Assembly: GCA_964016885.1 (NCBI GenBank)
Contig: OZ024740.1
Coordinates: 441,316,001-441,380,000 of the forward strand
Length of the DNA stretch: 64,000 bases
DNA from: Eledone cirrhosa
Taxonomy: Eukaryota
Direction of reading: 5' to 3'
Numbering within the stretch: the stretch's first letter is position 1; every line of letters starts with the position of its first letter. The notes beneath the pieces are model-generated. The model ran no database searches, was not told the DNA's origin, and was given only the letters and a program-made list of their open reading frames with translations. Shown here in pieces: positions 39,001-54,000 of the stretch. A program made the translations under genes and the position numbers.

Positions 39001-42000
39001 TGTGTATGTGTGTCTCTGTATGTGTATGTGTGTCTCTGTGTGTGTGTCTCTGTATGTGTATGTGTGTCTCTGTGCGTGTATGTGTGTCTCTGTGTGTGTG
39101 TCTCTGTGTGTGTATGTGTGTCTCTGTATGAGTATGTGTGTCTCTGTATGTGTATGTGTGTCTCTGTATGTGTATGTGTGTCTCTGTGTGTGTATGTGTG
39201 TCTCTGTATGTGTATGTGTGTCTCTGTGTGTGTATGTGTGTCTCTGTGTGTGTGTCTCTGTGTGTGTATGTGTGTCTCTGTATGTGTATGTGTATCTCTG
39301 TATGTGTATGTGTGTCTGTGTGTGTGTGTCTCTGTGTGTGTATGTGTGTCTCTGTATGAGTATGTGTGTCTCTGTATGTGTATGTGTGTCTCTGTATGTG
39401 TATGTGTGTCTCTGTGTGTGTATGTGTGTCTCTGTATGTGTATGTGTGTCTCTGTATGTGTATGTGTGTCTCTGTATGTGTATGTGTGTCTCTGTATGTG
39501 TGTGTGTCTCTGTATGTGTATGTGTCTCTGTATGTGTGTGTGTGTCTCTGTATGTGTATGTGTGTCTCTGTATGTGTGTCTATGTATGTATGTCGCTGTA
39601 TGTGTATGTGTGTCTCTGTATGTGTATGTGTGTCTCTGTATGTGTATGTGTGTCTCTGTATGTGTATGTGTGTCTCTGTGTGTGTATGTGTGTCTCTGTA
39701 TGTGTATGTGTGTCTCTGTGTGTGTATGTGTGTCTCTGTATGTGTATGTGTGTCTCTGTGTGTGTATGTGTGTCTCTGTATGTGTATGTGTGTCGCTGTA
39801 TGTGTATGTGTGTCTCTGTATGTGTATGTGTGTCTCTGTGTGTGTATGTGTGTCTCCGTATGTGTATGTGTGTCTCTGTGTGTCTGTCTCTGTATGTGTA
39901 TGTGTGTCTCTGTATGTGTATGTGTGTCTCTGTATGTGTATGGTGTGTCTCTGTATGTGTATGTGTGTCGCTGTATGTGTATGTGTGTCTCTGTATGTGT
40001 ATGTGTGTCTCTGTGTGTGTATATGTGTCTCGGTATGTGTATGGGTGTCTCTGTGTGTGTGTCTCTGTATGTGTATGTGTGTCTCTCTATGTGTATGTGT
40101 GTCTCTGTATGTGTATGTGTGTCTCTGTGTGTGTATGTGTGTCTCTGTATGTGTATGTGTGTCTCTGTGTGTGTGTCTCTGTGTGTGTATGTGTGTCTCT
40201 GTATATGTATGTGTGTCTCTGTATGTGTATGTGTGTCTCTGTATATTTATGTGTGTCTCTGTGTGTGTATGTGTGTCTCTGTATGTGTGTCTCTGTGTGT
40301 GTATGTGTGTCTCTGTATATGTATGTGTGTCTCTGTATGTGTATGTGTGTCTCTGTATGTGTATGTGTGTCTCTGTATGTGTATGTGTGTCTCTGTGTGT
40401 GTATGTGTGTCTCTGTATGTGTGTCTCTGTGTGTGTATGTGTGTCTCTGTATGTGTATGTGTGTCTCTGTGTGTGTATGTGTGTCTCTGTATGTGTATGT
40501 GTGTCTCTGTGTGTGTATGTGTGTCTCTGTATGTGTGTCTCTGTGTGTGTATGTGTGTCTCTGTATGTGTGTCTCTGTATGTGTGTCTCTGTATGTGTAT
40601 GTGTGTCTCTGTATATGTATGTGTGTCTCTGTGTGTGTATGTGTGTCTCTGTATGTGTGTCTCTGTATGTGTGTCTCTGTATGTGTATGTGTGTCTCTGT
40701 ATATGTATGTGTGTCTCTGTATGTGTATGTGTGTCTCTGTATGTGTATGTGTGTCTCTGTATATGTATGTGTGTCTCTGTATGTGTATGTGTGTCTCTGT
40801 ATATGTATGTGTGTCTCTGTGTGTGTATGTGTGTCTCTGTATGTGTGTCTCTGTGTGTGTATGTGTGTCTCTGTATGTGTATGTGTGTCTCTGTGTGTGT
40901 ATGTGTGTCTCTGTATGTGTGTGTGTGTCTCTGTATGTGTATGTGTGTCTCTGTGTGTGTATGTGTGTCTCTGTATATGTATGTGTGTCTCTGTGTGTGT
41001 ATGTGTGTGTCTGTATGTGTGTGTGTGTCTCTGTATGTGTATGTGTGTCTCTGTATGTGTATGTGTGTCTCTGTATGTGTATGTGTGTCTCTGTATGTGT
41101 ATGTGTGTCTCTGTGTGTGTATGTGTGTCTCTGTGTGTGTATGTGTGTCTCTGTATGTGTGTCTCTGTGTGTGTATGTGTGTCTCTGTATGTGTGTGTGT
41201 GTCTCTGTATGTGTATGTGTGTCTCTGTGTGTGTATGTGTGTCTCTGTATATGTATGTGTGTCTCTGTGTGTGTATGTGTGTCTCTGTATGTGTATGTGT
41301 GTCTCTCTGTGTGTGTCTCTGTATGTGTATGTGTGTCTCTGTATGTGTATGTGTGTCTCTGTATATGTATGTGTGTCTCTGTATGTGTATGTGTGTCTCT
41401 GTGTGTGTATGTGTGTCTCTGTATATGTATGTGTGTCTCTGTGTGTGTATGTGTGTCTCTGTATGTGTATGTGTGTCTCTGTGTGTGTATGTGTGTCTCT
41501 GTATGTGTATGTGTGTCTCTGCATGTGTATGTGTGTCTCTGTATGTGTATGTGTGTCTCTGTATGTGTGTCTCTGTATGTGTATGTGTGTCTCTGTGTGT
41601 ATGTGTGTATGTGTGTCTCTGTGTGTGTGTCTCTGTGTGTGTATGTGTGTTTCTGTATGTGTATGTGTGTCTTTGTATGTGTATGTGTGTCTCTGTATGT
41701 GTATGTGTGTCTCTGTATGTGTATGTGTGTCTCTGTGTGTGTGTCTCTGTATGTGTATGTGTGTCTCTGTATGTGTATGTGTGTCTGTGTGTGTGTGTCT
41801 CTGTGTGTGTATGTGTGTCTCTGTGTGTGTATGTGTGTCTCTGTATGTGTATGTGTGTCTCTGTATCTGTATGTGTGTCTCTGTGTGTGTATGTGTGTCT
41901 CTGTATGTATATGTGTGTCTCTGTATGTGTGTCTCTGTATATGTATGTGTGTCTCTGTGTGTGTATGTGTGTCTCTGTATGTGTATGTGTGTCTCTGTAT

Positions 42001-45000
42001 GTGTATGTGTGTCTCTGTATGTGTATGTGTGTCTCTGTATGTGTATGTGTGTCTCTGTGTGTGTATGTGTGTCTCTGTATGTGTATGTGTGTCTCTGTAT
42101 GTGTATGTGTGTCTCTGTCTGTGTATGTGTGTCTCTGTATGTGTATGTGTGTCTCTGTAAGTGTATGTGTGTCTCTGTGTGTGTATGTGTGTCTCTGTAT
42201 GTGTATGTGTGTCTCTGTGTGTGTATGTGTGTCTCTGTATGTGTATGTGTGTCTCTGTATGTGTATGTGTGTCTCTGTGTGTGTATGTGTGTCTCTGTAT
42301 GTGTATGTGTGTCTCTGTATGTGTGTCTCTGTATGTGTATGTGTGTCTCTGTATGTGTATGTGTGTCTCTGTATGTGTATGTGTGTCTCTGTGTGTGTAT
42401 GTGTGTCTCTGTGTGTGTATGTGTGTCTCTGTGTGTGTATGTGTGTCTCTGTATGTGTATGTGTGTCGCTGTATGTGTATGTGTGTCTCTGTATGTGTAT
42501 GTGTGTCTCTGTGTGTGTATGTGTGTCTCCGTATGTGTATGTGTGTCTCTGTGTGTGTGTCTCTGTATGTGTATGTGTGTCTCTGTATGTGTATGTGTGT
42601 CTCTGTATGTGTATGTGTGTCTCTGTGTGTGTATGTGTGTCTCTGTGTGTGTATGTGTGTCTCTGTATGTGCATGTGTGTCGCTGTATGTGTATGTGTGT
42701 CTCTGTATGTGTATGTGTGTCTCTGTGTGTGTATGTGTGTCTCTGTATGTGTATGTGTGTCTCTGTGTGTGTGTCTCTGTATGTGTATGTGTGTCTCTGT
42801 GTGTGTCTGTGTGTCTCTGTATGTGTATGTGTGTCTCTGTGTGTGTATGTGTGTCTCTGTATGTGTATGTGTGTCTCTGTGTATGTGTCTCTGTATGTGT
42901 ATGTGTGTCTCTGTGTGTGTCTGTGTGTCTCTGTATGTGTATGTGTGTCTCTGTATGTGTATGTGTGTCTCTGTATGTGTATGTGTGTCTCTGTATGTGT
43001 ATGTGTGTCTCTGTGTGTGTATGTGTGTCTCTGTATGTGTATGTGTGTCTCTGTATGTGTATGTGTGTCTCTGTATGTGTATGTGTGTCTCTGTATGTGT
43101 ATGTGTGTCTCTGTGTGTGTATGTGTGTCTCTGTATGTGTATGTGTGTCTCTGTATGTGTATGTGTGTCTCTGTGTGTGTATGTGTGTCTCTGTATGTGT
43201 ATGTGTGTCTCGGTATGTGTATGTGTGTCTCTGTATGTGTATGTGTGTCTCTGTGTGTGTATGTGTGTCTCTGTGTGTGTATGTGTGTCTCCGTATGTGT
43301 ATGTGTGTCTCTGTGTGTGTGTCTCTGTATGTGTATGTGTGTCTCTGTATGTGTATGTGTGTCTCTGTATGTGTATGTGTGTCTCTGTGTGTGTATGTGT
43401 GTCTCCGTATGTGTATGTGTGTCTCTGTATGTGTATGTGTGTCTCTGTGTGTGTATGTGTGTCGCTCTATATGTATGTGTGTCTCTGTATGTGTATGTGT
43501 GTCTCTGTGTGTGTATGTGTGTCTCTGTATGTGTATGTGTGTCTCTGTGTGTGTGTCTCTGTGTGTGTATGTGTGTCTCTGTGTGTGTATGTGTGTCTTT
43601 GTATGTGTATGTGTGTCTCTGTATGTGTATGTGTGTCTCTTCTGTGTGTATGTGTGTCTCTGTATGTGTATGTGTGTCTCTTTATGTGTATGTGTGTCTC
43701 TGTGTGTGTATGTGTGTCTCTGTGTGTGTGTCTCTGTGTGTGTATGTGTGTCTCTGTGTGTGTATGTGTGTCTTTGTATGTGTATGTGTGTCTCTGTATG
43801 TGTATGTGTGTCTCTTCTGTGTGTATGTGTGTCTCTGTATGTGTATGTGTGTTTCTGTGTGTGTGTCTCTGTATGTGTATGTGTGTCTCTGTATGTGTAT
43901 GTGTGTCTCTGTATGTGTATGTGTGTCTCTGTGTGTGTGTCTCTGTGTGTGTATGTGTGTCTCTGTGTGTGTATGTGTGTCTTTGTATGTGTATGTGTGT
44001 CTCTGTGTGTGTATGTGTGTCTCTGTGTGTGTATGTGTGTCTCTGTGTGTGTATATGTGTCTCTGTATGTGTATGTGTGTCTCTGTATGTGTATGTGTGT
44101 CCCTGTGTGTGTATGTGTGTCTCTGTATGTGTATGTGTGTCTCTGTATGTGTATGTGTGTCTCTGTGTGTGTGTCTCTGTATGTGTATGTGTGTCTCTGT
44201 GTGTGTATGTGTGTCTCTGTGTGTGTATGTGTGTCTCTGTATGTGTATGTGTGTCTGTGTGTGTGTGTCTCTGTATGTGTATGTGTGTCTCTGTGTGTGT
44301 ATGTGTGTCTCTGTGTGTATGTCTCTGTGTGTGTGTCTCTGTGTGTGTATGTGTGTCTCTGTATGAGTATGTGTGTCTCTGTATGTGTATGTGTGTCTCT
44401 GTATGTGTATGTGTGTCTCTGTGTGTGTATGTGTGTCTCTGTGTGTGTGTCTCTGTGTGTGTATGTGTGTCTCTGTATGTGTATGTGTGTCTCTGTGTGT
44501 GTAGTCTCTGTACGTGTATGGGTGTCTCTGTATGTGTATGTGTGTCTGTGTGTGTGTGTCTCTGTGTGTGTATGTGTGTCTCTGTGTGTGTATGTGTGTC
44601 TCTGTGTATGTATGTGTGTCTCTGTATGTGTATGTGTGTCTCTGTATGTGTATGTGTGTCTCTGTATGTGTGTCTCTGTATGTGTGTCTCTGTATGTGTA
44701 TGTGTGTCTCTTCTGTGTGTATGTGTGTCTCTGTATGTGTATGTGTGTCGCTGTATGTGTGTCGCTGTATGTGTGTCTCTGCATATGTATGTGTGTCTCT
44801 GTATGTGTTTGTGTGTCTCTGTGTGTGTATGTGTGTCTCTTCTGTGTGTATGTGTGTCTCTGTATGTGTATGTGTGTCTCTGTATGTGTATGTGTGTCTC
44901 TGTATGTGTATGTGTGTCTCTGTGTGTGTGTCTCTGTGTGTGTATGTGTGTCTCTGTGTGTGTATGTGTGTCTTTGTATGTGTATGTGTGTCTCTGTGTG

Positions 45001-48000
45001 TGTATGTGTGTCTCTGTGTGTGTATGTGTGTCTCTGTGTGTGTATATGTGTCTCTGTATGTGTATGTGTGTCTCTGTATGTGTATGTGTGTCTCTGTATG
45101 TGTATGTGTGTCTCTGTATGTGTATGTGTGTCTCTGTGTGTGTATGTGTGTCTCTGTATGTGTATGTGTGTCTCTGTATGTGTATGTGTGTCTCTGTGTG
45201 TGTGTCTCTGTATGTGTATGTGTGTCTCTGTGTGTGTATGTGTGTCTCTGTGTGTGTATGTGTGTCTCTGTATGTGTATGTGTGTCTCTGTGTGTGTGTC
45301 TCTGTATGTGTATGTGTGTCTCTGTGTGTGTATGTGTGTCTCTGTGTGTGTGTCTCTGTGTGTGTATGTGTGTCTCTGTATGAGTATGTGTGTCTCTGTA
45401 TGTGTATGTGTGTCTCTGTATGTGTATGTGTGTCTCTGTGTGTGTATGTGTGTCTCTGTATGTGTATGTGTGTCTCTGTGTGTGTATGTGTGTCTCTGTG
45501 TGTGTGTCTCTGTGTGTGTATGTGTGTCTCTGTATGTGTATGTGTATCTCTGTATGTGTATGTGTGTCTGTGTGTGTGTGTCTCTGTGTGTGTATGTGTG
45601 TCTCTGTATGAGTATGTGTGTCTCTGTATGTGTAGGTGTGTCTCTGTATGTGTATGTGTGTCTCTGTGTGTGTATGTGTGTCTCTGTATGTGTATGTGTG
45701 TCTCTGTATGTGTATGTGTGTCTCTGTATGTGTATGTGTGTCTCTGTATGTGTGTGTGTCTCTGTATGTGTATGTGTCTCTGTATGTGTGTGTGTGTCTC
45801 TGTATGTGTATGTGTGTCTCTGTATGTGTGTCTATGTATGTATGTCGCTGTATGTGTATGTGTGTCTCTGTATGTGTATGTGTGTCTCTGTATGTGTATG
45901 TGTGTCTCTGTATGTGTATGTGTGTCTCTGTGTGTGTATGTGTGTCTCTGTATGTGTATGTGTGTCTCTGTGTGTGTATGTGTGTCTCTGTATGTGTATG
46001 TGTGTCTCTGTGTGTGTATGTGTGTCTCTGTATGTGTATGTGTGTCGCTGTATGTGTATGTGTGTCTCTGTATGTGTATGTGTGTCTCTGTGTGTGTATG
46101 TGTGTCTCCGTATGTGTATGTGTGTCTCTGTGTGTGTGTCTCTGTATGTGTATGTGTGTCTCTGTATGTGTATGTGTGTCTCTGTATGTGTATGTGTGTC
46201 TCTGTATGTGTATGTGTGTCGCTGTATGTGTATGTGTGTCTCTGTATGTGTATGTGTGTCTCTGTGTGTGTATATGTGTCTCGGTATGTGTATGTGTGTC
46301 TCTGTGTGTGTGTCTCTGTATGTGTATGTGTGTCTCTGTATGTGTATGTGTGTCTCTGTATGTGTATGTGTGTCTCTGTGTGTGTATGTGTGTCTCTGTA
46401 TGTGTATGTGTGTCTCTGTGTGTGTGTCTCTGTGTGTGTATGTGTGTCTCTGTATATGTATGTGTGTCTCTGTATGTGTATGTGTGTCTCTGTATATTTA
46501 TGTGTGTCTCTGTGTGTGTATGTGTGTCTCTGTATGTGTGTCTCTGTGTGTGTATGTGTGTCTCTGTATATGTATGTGTGTCTCTGTATGTGTATGTGTG
46601 TCTCTGTATGTGTATGTGTGTCTCTGTATGTGTATGTGTGTCTCTGTGTGTGTATGTGTGTCTCTGTATGTGTGTCTCTGTGTGTGTATGTGTGTCTCTG
46701 TATGTGTATGTGTGTCTCTGTGTGTGTATGTGTGTGTCTGTATGTGTATGTGTGTCTCTGTGTGTGTATGTGTGTCTCTGTATGTGTGTCTCTGTGTGTG
46801 TATGTGTGTCTCTGTATGTGTGTCTCTGTATGTGTGTCTCTGTATGTGTATGTGTGTCTCTGTATATGTATGTGTGTCTCTGTGTGTGTATGTGTGTCTC
46901 TGTATGTGTGTCTCTGTATGTGTGTCTCTGTATGTGTATGTGTGTCTCTGTATATGTATGTGTGTCTCTGTATGTGTATGTGTGTCTCTGTATGTGTATG
47001 TGTGTCTCTGTATATGTATGTGTGTCTCTGTATGTGTATGTGTGTCTCTGTATATGTATGTGTGTCTCTGTGTGTGTATGTGTGTCTCTGTATGTGTGTC
47101 TCTGTGTGTGTATGTGTGTCTCTGTATGTGTATGTGTGTCTCTGTGTGTGTATGTGTGTCTCTGTATGTGTATGTGTGTCTCTGTGTGTGTATGTGTGTC
47201 GCTGTATGTGTGTCTCTGTGTGTGTATGTGTGTCTCTGTATGTGTGTGTGTGTGTCTCTGTATGTGTATGTGTGTCTCTGTGTGTGTATGTGTGTCTCTG
47301 TATATGTATGTGTGTCTCTGTGTGTGTATGTGTGTCTCTGTATGTGTATGTGTGTCTCTCTGTATGTGTATGTGTGTCTCTGTATATGTATGTGTGTCTC
47401 TGTATGTGTATGTGTGTCTCTGTGTGTGTATGTGTGTCTCTGTTATGTATGTGTGTCTCTGTGTGTGTATGTGTGTCTCTGTATGTGTATGTGTGTCTCT
47501 GTGTGTGTATGTGTGTCTCTGTATGTGTATGTGTGTCTCTGTATGTGTATGTGTGTCTCTGTATGTGTATGTGTGTCTCTGTATGTGTGTCTCTGTATGT
47601 GTATGTGTGTCTCTGTGTGTATGTGTGTATGTGTGTCTCTGTGTGTGTGTCTCTGTGTGTGTATGTGTGTCTCTGTATGTGTATGTGTGTCTCTGTATGT
47701 GTATGTGTGTCTCTGTATGTGTATGTGTGTCTCTGTATGTGTATGTGTGTCTCTGTATGTGTATGTGTGTCTCTGTGTGTGTATGTGTGTCTCTGTATGT
47801 GTATGTGTATCTCTGTATGTGTATGTGTGTCTCTGTATGTGTATGTGTGTCTCTGTATGTGTATGTGTGTCTCTGTGTGTGTATGTGTGTCTCTGTGTGT
47901 GTGTCTCTGTGTGTGTATGTGTGTCTCTGTATGTGTATGTGTGTCTCTGTGTGTGTCTCTCTGTATGTGTATGTGTGTCTCTGTATGTGTATGTGTGTCT

Positions 48001-51000
48001 CTGTATGTGTATGTGTGTCTCTGTATGTGTATGTGTGTCTCTGTGTGTGTATGTGTGTCTCTGTATGTGTATGTGTGTCTCTGTATGTGTATGTGTGTCT
48101 CTGTATGTGTATGTGTGTCTCTGTGTGTGTATGTGTGTCTCTGTGTGTGTATGTGTGTCTCTGTATGTGTATGTGTGTCTCTGTGTGTGTGTCTCTGTAT
48201 GTGTATGTGTGTCTCTGTATGAGTATGTGTGTCTCTGTATGTGTATGTGTGTCTCTGTATGTGTATGTGTGTCTCTGTGTGTGTATGTGTGTCTCTGTAT
48301 GTGTATGTGTGTCTCTGTATGTGTATGTGTGTCTCTGTATGTGTGTCTCTGTATGTGTGTCTCTGTATGTGTATGTGTGTCTCTGTATGTGTATGTGTGT
48401 CTCTGTATGTGTGTGTGTGTCTCTGTGTGTGTATGTGTGTCTCTATATGTGTGTGTGTGTCGCTGTATGTGTGTCTCTGTCTCTGTATGTGTGTCTCTGT
48501 ATGTGTGTCTCTGTATGTGTATGTGTGTCGCTGTATGTGTATGTGTGTCTCTGTATGTGTATGTGTGTCTCTTTATGTGTATGTGTGTCTCTGTATGTGT
48601 ATGTGTGTCTCTGTATGTGTATGTGTGTCTGTGTGTGTGTGTCTCTGTGTGTGTATGTGTGTCTCTGTGTGTGTATGTGTGTCTCTGTGTGTGTATGTGT
48701 GTCTCTGTATGTGTATGTGTGTCTCTGTATGTGTGTCTCTGTATATGTATGTGTGTCTCTGTGTGTGTATGTGTGTCTCTGTATGTGTATGTGTGTCTCT
48801 GTATGTGTATGTGTGTCTCTGTATGTGTATGTGTGTCTCTGTATGTGTATGTGTGTCTCTGTGTGTGTATGTGTGTCTCTGTATGTGTATGTGTGTCTCT
48901 GTATGTGTATGTGTGTCTCTGTCTGTGTATGTGTGTCTCTGTATGTGTATGTGTGTCTCTGTAAGTGTATGTGTGTCTCTGTGTGTGTATGTGTGTCTCT
49001 GTATGTGTATGTGTGTCTCTGTGTGTGTATGTGTGTCTCTGTATGTGTATGTGTGTCTCTGTATGTGTATGTGTGTCTCTGTGTGTGTATGTGTGTCTCT
49101 GTATGTGTATGTGTGTCGTTGTATGTGTATGTGTGTCTCTGTATGTGTATGTGTGTCTCTGTGTGTGTATGTGTGTCTCCGTATGTGTATGTGTGTCTCT
49201 GTGTGTGTGTCTCTGTATGTGTATGTGTGTCTCTGTATGTGTATGTGTGTCTCTGTATGTGTGTCTCTGTATATGTATGTGTGTCTCTGTGTGTGTATGT
49301 GTGTCTCTGTATGTGTATGTGTGTCTCTGTATGTGTATGTGTGTCTCTGTGTGTGTATGTGTGTCTCTGTATGTGTATGTGTGTCTCTGTATGTGTATGT
49401 GTGTCTCTGTCTGTGTATGTGTGTCTCTGTATGTGTATGTGTGTCTCTGTAAGTGTATGTGTGTCTCTGTGTGTGTATGTGTGTCTCTGTATGTGTATGT
49501 GTGTCTCTGTGTGTGTATGTGTGTCTCTGTATGTGTATGTGTGTCTCTGTATGTGTATGTGTGTCTCTGTGTGTGTATGTGTGTCTCTGTATGTGTATGT
49601 GTGTCTCGGTATGTGTATGTGTGTCTCTGTATGTGTATGTGTGTCTCTGTATGTGTATGTGTGTCTCTGTGTGTGTATGTGTGTCTCTGTGTGTGTATGT
49701 GTGTCTCTGTATGTGTATGTGTGTCTCTGTGTGTGTGTCTCTGTGTGTGTATGTGTGTCTCTGTATGTGTATGTGTGTCTCTGTATGTGTATGTGTGTCT
49801 CTGTATGTGTATGTGTGTCTCTGTGTGTGTATGTGTGTCTCTGTGTGTGTATGTGTGTCTCTGTATGTGTATGTGTGTCTATGTGTGTGTGTCTCTGTAT
49901 GTGTATGTGTGTTTCAGTATGTGTATGTGTGTCTCTGTATGTGTATGTGTGTCTCTGTATGTGTATGTGTGTCTCTGTGTGTGTATGTGTGTCTCCGTAT
50001 GTGTATGTGTGTCTCTGTATGTGTATGTGTGTCTCTGTGTGTGTATGTGTGTCGCTGTATATGTATGTGTGTCTCTGTATGTGTATGTGTGTCTCTGTGT
50101 GTGTATGTGTGTCTCTGTATGTGTATGTGTGTCTCTGTGTGTGTGTCTCTGTATGTGTATGTGTGTCTCTTTATGTGTATGTGTGTCTCTGTGTGTGTAT
50201 CACTGTGTGTGTATGTGTGTCTCTGTGTGTGTATGTGTGTCTCTGTGTGTGTATGTGTGTCTCTGTATGTGTATGTGTGTCTCTGTATGTGTATGTGTGT
50301 CTCTTCTGTGTGTATGTGTGTCTCTGTATGTGTATGTGTGTTTCTGTGTGTGTGTCTCTGTATGTGTATGTGTGTCTCTGTATGTGTATGTGTGTCTCTG
50401 TATGTGTATGTGTGTCTCTGTATGTGTATGTGTGTCTCTGTGTGTGTGTCTCTGTGTGTGTATGTGTGTCTCTGTGTGTGTATGTGTGTCTCTGTGTGTG
50501 TGTGTATGTGTGTCTCTGTATGTGTATGTGTGTCTCTGTATGTGTATGTGTGTCTCTGTGTGTGTGTCTCTGTGTGTGTATGTGTGTCTCTGTGTGTGTA
50601 TGTGTGTCTTTGTATGTGTATGTGTGTCTCTGTGTGTGTATGTGTGTCTCTGTGTGTGTATGTGTCTCTGTGTGTGTATATGTGTCTCTGTATGTGTATG
50701 TGTGTCTCTGTATGTGTATCTGTGTCTCTGTATGTGTATGTGTGTCTCTGTATGTGTATGTGTGTCCCTGTGTGTGTATGTGTGTCTCTGTATGTGTATG
50801 TGTGTCTCTGTATGTGTATGTGTGTCTCTGTGTGTGTGTCTCTGTATGTGTATGTGTGTCTCTGTGTGTGTATGTGTGTCTCTGTGTGTGTATGTGTGTC
50901 TCTGTATGTGTATGTGTGTCTGTGTGTGTGTGTCTCTGTATGTGTATGTGTGTCTCTGTGTGTGTAAGTGTGTCTCTGTGTGTGTGTCTCTGTGTGTGTG

Positions 51001-54000
51001 TCTCTGTGTGTGTGTCTCTGTGTGTGTATGTGTGTCTCTGTATGAGTATGTGTGTCTCTGTATGTGTATGTGTGTCTCTGTATGTGTATGTGTGTCTCTG
51101 TGTGTGTATGTGTGTCTCTGTGTGTGTGTCTCTGTGTGTGTATGTGTGTCTCTGTATGTGTATGTGTGTCTCTGTGTGTGTAGTCTCTGTATGTGTATGG
51201 GTGTCTCTGTATGTGTATGTGTGTCTGTGTGTGTGTGTCTCTGTGTGTGTATGTGTGTCTCTGTGTGTGTATGTGTGTCTCTGTGTATGTATGTGTGTCT
51301 CTGTATGTGTATGTGTGTCTCTGTATGTGTATGTGTGTCTCTGTATGTGTGTCTCTGTATGTGTGTCTCTGTATGTGTATGTGTGTCTCTTCTGTGTGTA
51401 TGTGTGTCTCTGTATGTGTATGTGTGTCGCTGTATGTGTGTCGCTGTATGTGTGTCTCTGCATATGTATGTGTGTCTCTGTATGTGTTTGTGTGTCTCTG
51501 TGTGTGTATGTGTGTCTCTTCTGTGTGTATGTGTGTCTCTGTATGTGTATGTGTGTCTCTGTATGTGTATGTGTGTCTCTGTATGTGTATGTGTGTCTCT
51601 GTATGTGTATGTGTGTCTTTGTGTGTGTGTCTCTGTGTGTGTATGTGTGTCTCTGTGTGTGTATGTGTGTCTTTGTATGTGTATGTGTGTCTCTGTGTGT
51701 GTATGTGTGTCTCTGTGTGTGTATGTGTGTCTCTGTGTGTGTATATGTGTCTCTGTATGTGTATGTGTGTCTCTGTATGTGTATGTGTGTCTCTGTATGT
51801 GTATGTGTGTCTCTGTATGTGTATGTGTGTCTCTGTATGTGTGTGTGTCTCTGTATGTGTATGTGTCTGTGTCTCTGTATGTGTGTGTGTGTCTCTGTAT
51901 GTGTATGTGTGTCTCTGTATGTGTGTCTATGTATGTATGTCGCTGTATGTGTATGTGTGTCTCTGTATGTGTATGTGTGTCTCTGTATGTGTATGTGTGT
52001 CTCTGTATGTGTATGTGTGTCTCTGTGTGTGTATGTGTGTCTCTGTATGTGTATGTGTGTCTCTGTGTGTGTATGTGTGTCTCTGTATGTGTATGTGTGT
52101 CTCTGTGTGTGTATGTGTGTCTCTGTATGTGTATGTGTGTCGCTGTATGTGTATGTGTGTCTCTGTATGTGTATGTGTGTCTCTGTGTGTGTATGTGTGT
52201 CTCCGTATGTGTATGTGTGTCTCTGTGTGTGTGTCTCTGTATGTGTATGTGTGTCTCTGTATGTGTATGTGTGTCTCTGTATGTGTATGTGTGTCTCTGT
52301 ATGTGTATGTGTGTCGCTGTATGTGTATGTGTGTCTCTGTATGTGTATGTGTGTCTCTGTATGTGTATGTGTGTCGCTGTATGTGTATGTGTGTCGCTGT
52401 ATGTGTATGTGTGTCTCTGTGTGTGTATGTGTGTCTCTGTGTGTGTGTCTCTGTATGTGTATGTGTGTCTCTGTATGTGTATGTGTGTCTCTGTATGTGT
52501 ATGTGTGTCTCTGTGTGTGTATGTGTGTCTCTGTATGTGTATGTGTGTCTCTGTATATGTATGTGTGTCTCTGTGTGTGTATGTGTGTCTCTGTATGTGT
52601 GTCTCTGTGTGTGTATGTGTGTCTCTGTATATGTATGTGTGTCTCTGTATGTGTATGTGTGTCTCTGTATGTGTATGTGTGTCTCTGTATATGTATGTGT
52701 GTCTCTGTATGTGTATGTGTGTCTCTGTATATGTATGTGTGTCTCTGTGTGTGTATGTGTGTCTCTGTATGTGTGTCTCTGTATGTGTGTCTCTGTATGT
52801 GTGTCTCTGTATGTGTGTCTCTGTATGTGTATGTGTGTCTCTGTATATGTATGTGTGTCTCTGTATGTGTATGTGTGTCTCTGTATGTGTATGTGTGTCT
52901 CTGTATATGTATGTGTGTCTCTGTATGTGTATGTGTGTCTCTGTATATGTATGTGTGTCTCTGTGTGTGTATGTGTGTCTCTGTATGTGTATGTGTGTCT
53001 CTGTGTGTGTATGTGTGTCTCTGTATGTGTATGTGTGTCTCTGTGTGTGTATGTGTGTCTCTGTATGTGTGTCTCTGTGTGTGTATGTGTGTCTCTGTAT
53101 GTGTGTGTGTGTGTCTCTGTATATGTATGTGTGTCTCTGTATGTGTATGTGTGTCTCTCTGTGTGTGTCACTGTATGTGTATGTGTGTCTCTGTATGTGT
53201 ATGTGTGTCTCTGTATATGTATGTGTGTCTCTGTATGTGTATGTGTGTCTCTGTGTGTGTATGTGTGTCTCTGTATATGTATGTGTGTCTCTGTGTGTGT
53301 ATGTGTGTCTCTGTATGTGTATGTGTGTCTCTGTGTGTGTATGTGTGTCTCTGTATGTGTATGTGTGTCTCTGTATGTGTATGTGTGTCTCTGTATGTGT
53401 ATGTGTGTCTCTGTATGTGTGTCTCTGTATGTGTATGTGTGTCTCTGTGTGTATGTGTGTATGTGTGTCTCTGTGTGTGTGTCTCTGTGTGTGTATGTGT
53501 GTCTCTGTATGTGTATGTGTGTCTCTGTATGTGTATGTGTGTCTCTGTATGTGTATGTGTGTCTCTGTATGTGTATGTGTGTCTCTGTATGTGTATGTGT
53601 GTCTCTGTGTGTGTATGTGTGTCTCTGTATGTGTATGTGTATCTCTGTATGTGTATGTGTGTCTCTGTATGTGTATGTGTGTCTCTGTATGTGTATGTGT
53701 GTCTCTGTGTGTGTATGTGTGTCTCTGTGTGTGTGTCTCTGTGTGTGTATGTGTGTCTCTGTATGTGTATGTGTGTCTCTGTGTGTGTCTCTCTGTATGT
53801 GTATGTGTGTCTCTGTATGTGTATGTGTGTCTCTGTATGTGTATGTGTGTCTCTGTATGTGTATGTGTGTCTCTGTGTGTGTATGTGTGTCTCTGTATGT
53901 GTATGTGTGTCTCTGTATGTGTATGTGTGTCTCTGTATGTGTATGTGTGTCTCTGTGTGTGTATGTGTGTCTCTGTGTGTGTATGTGTGTCTCTGTATGT

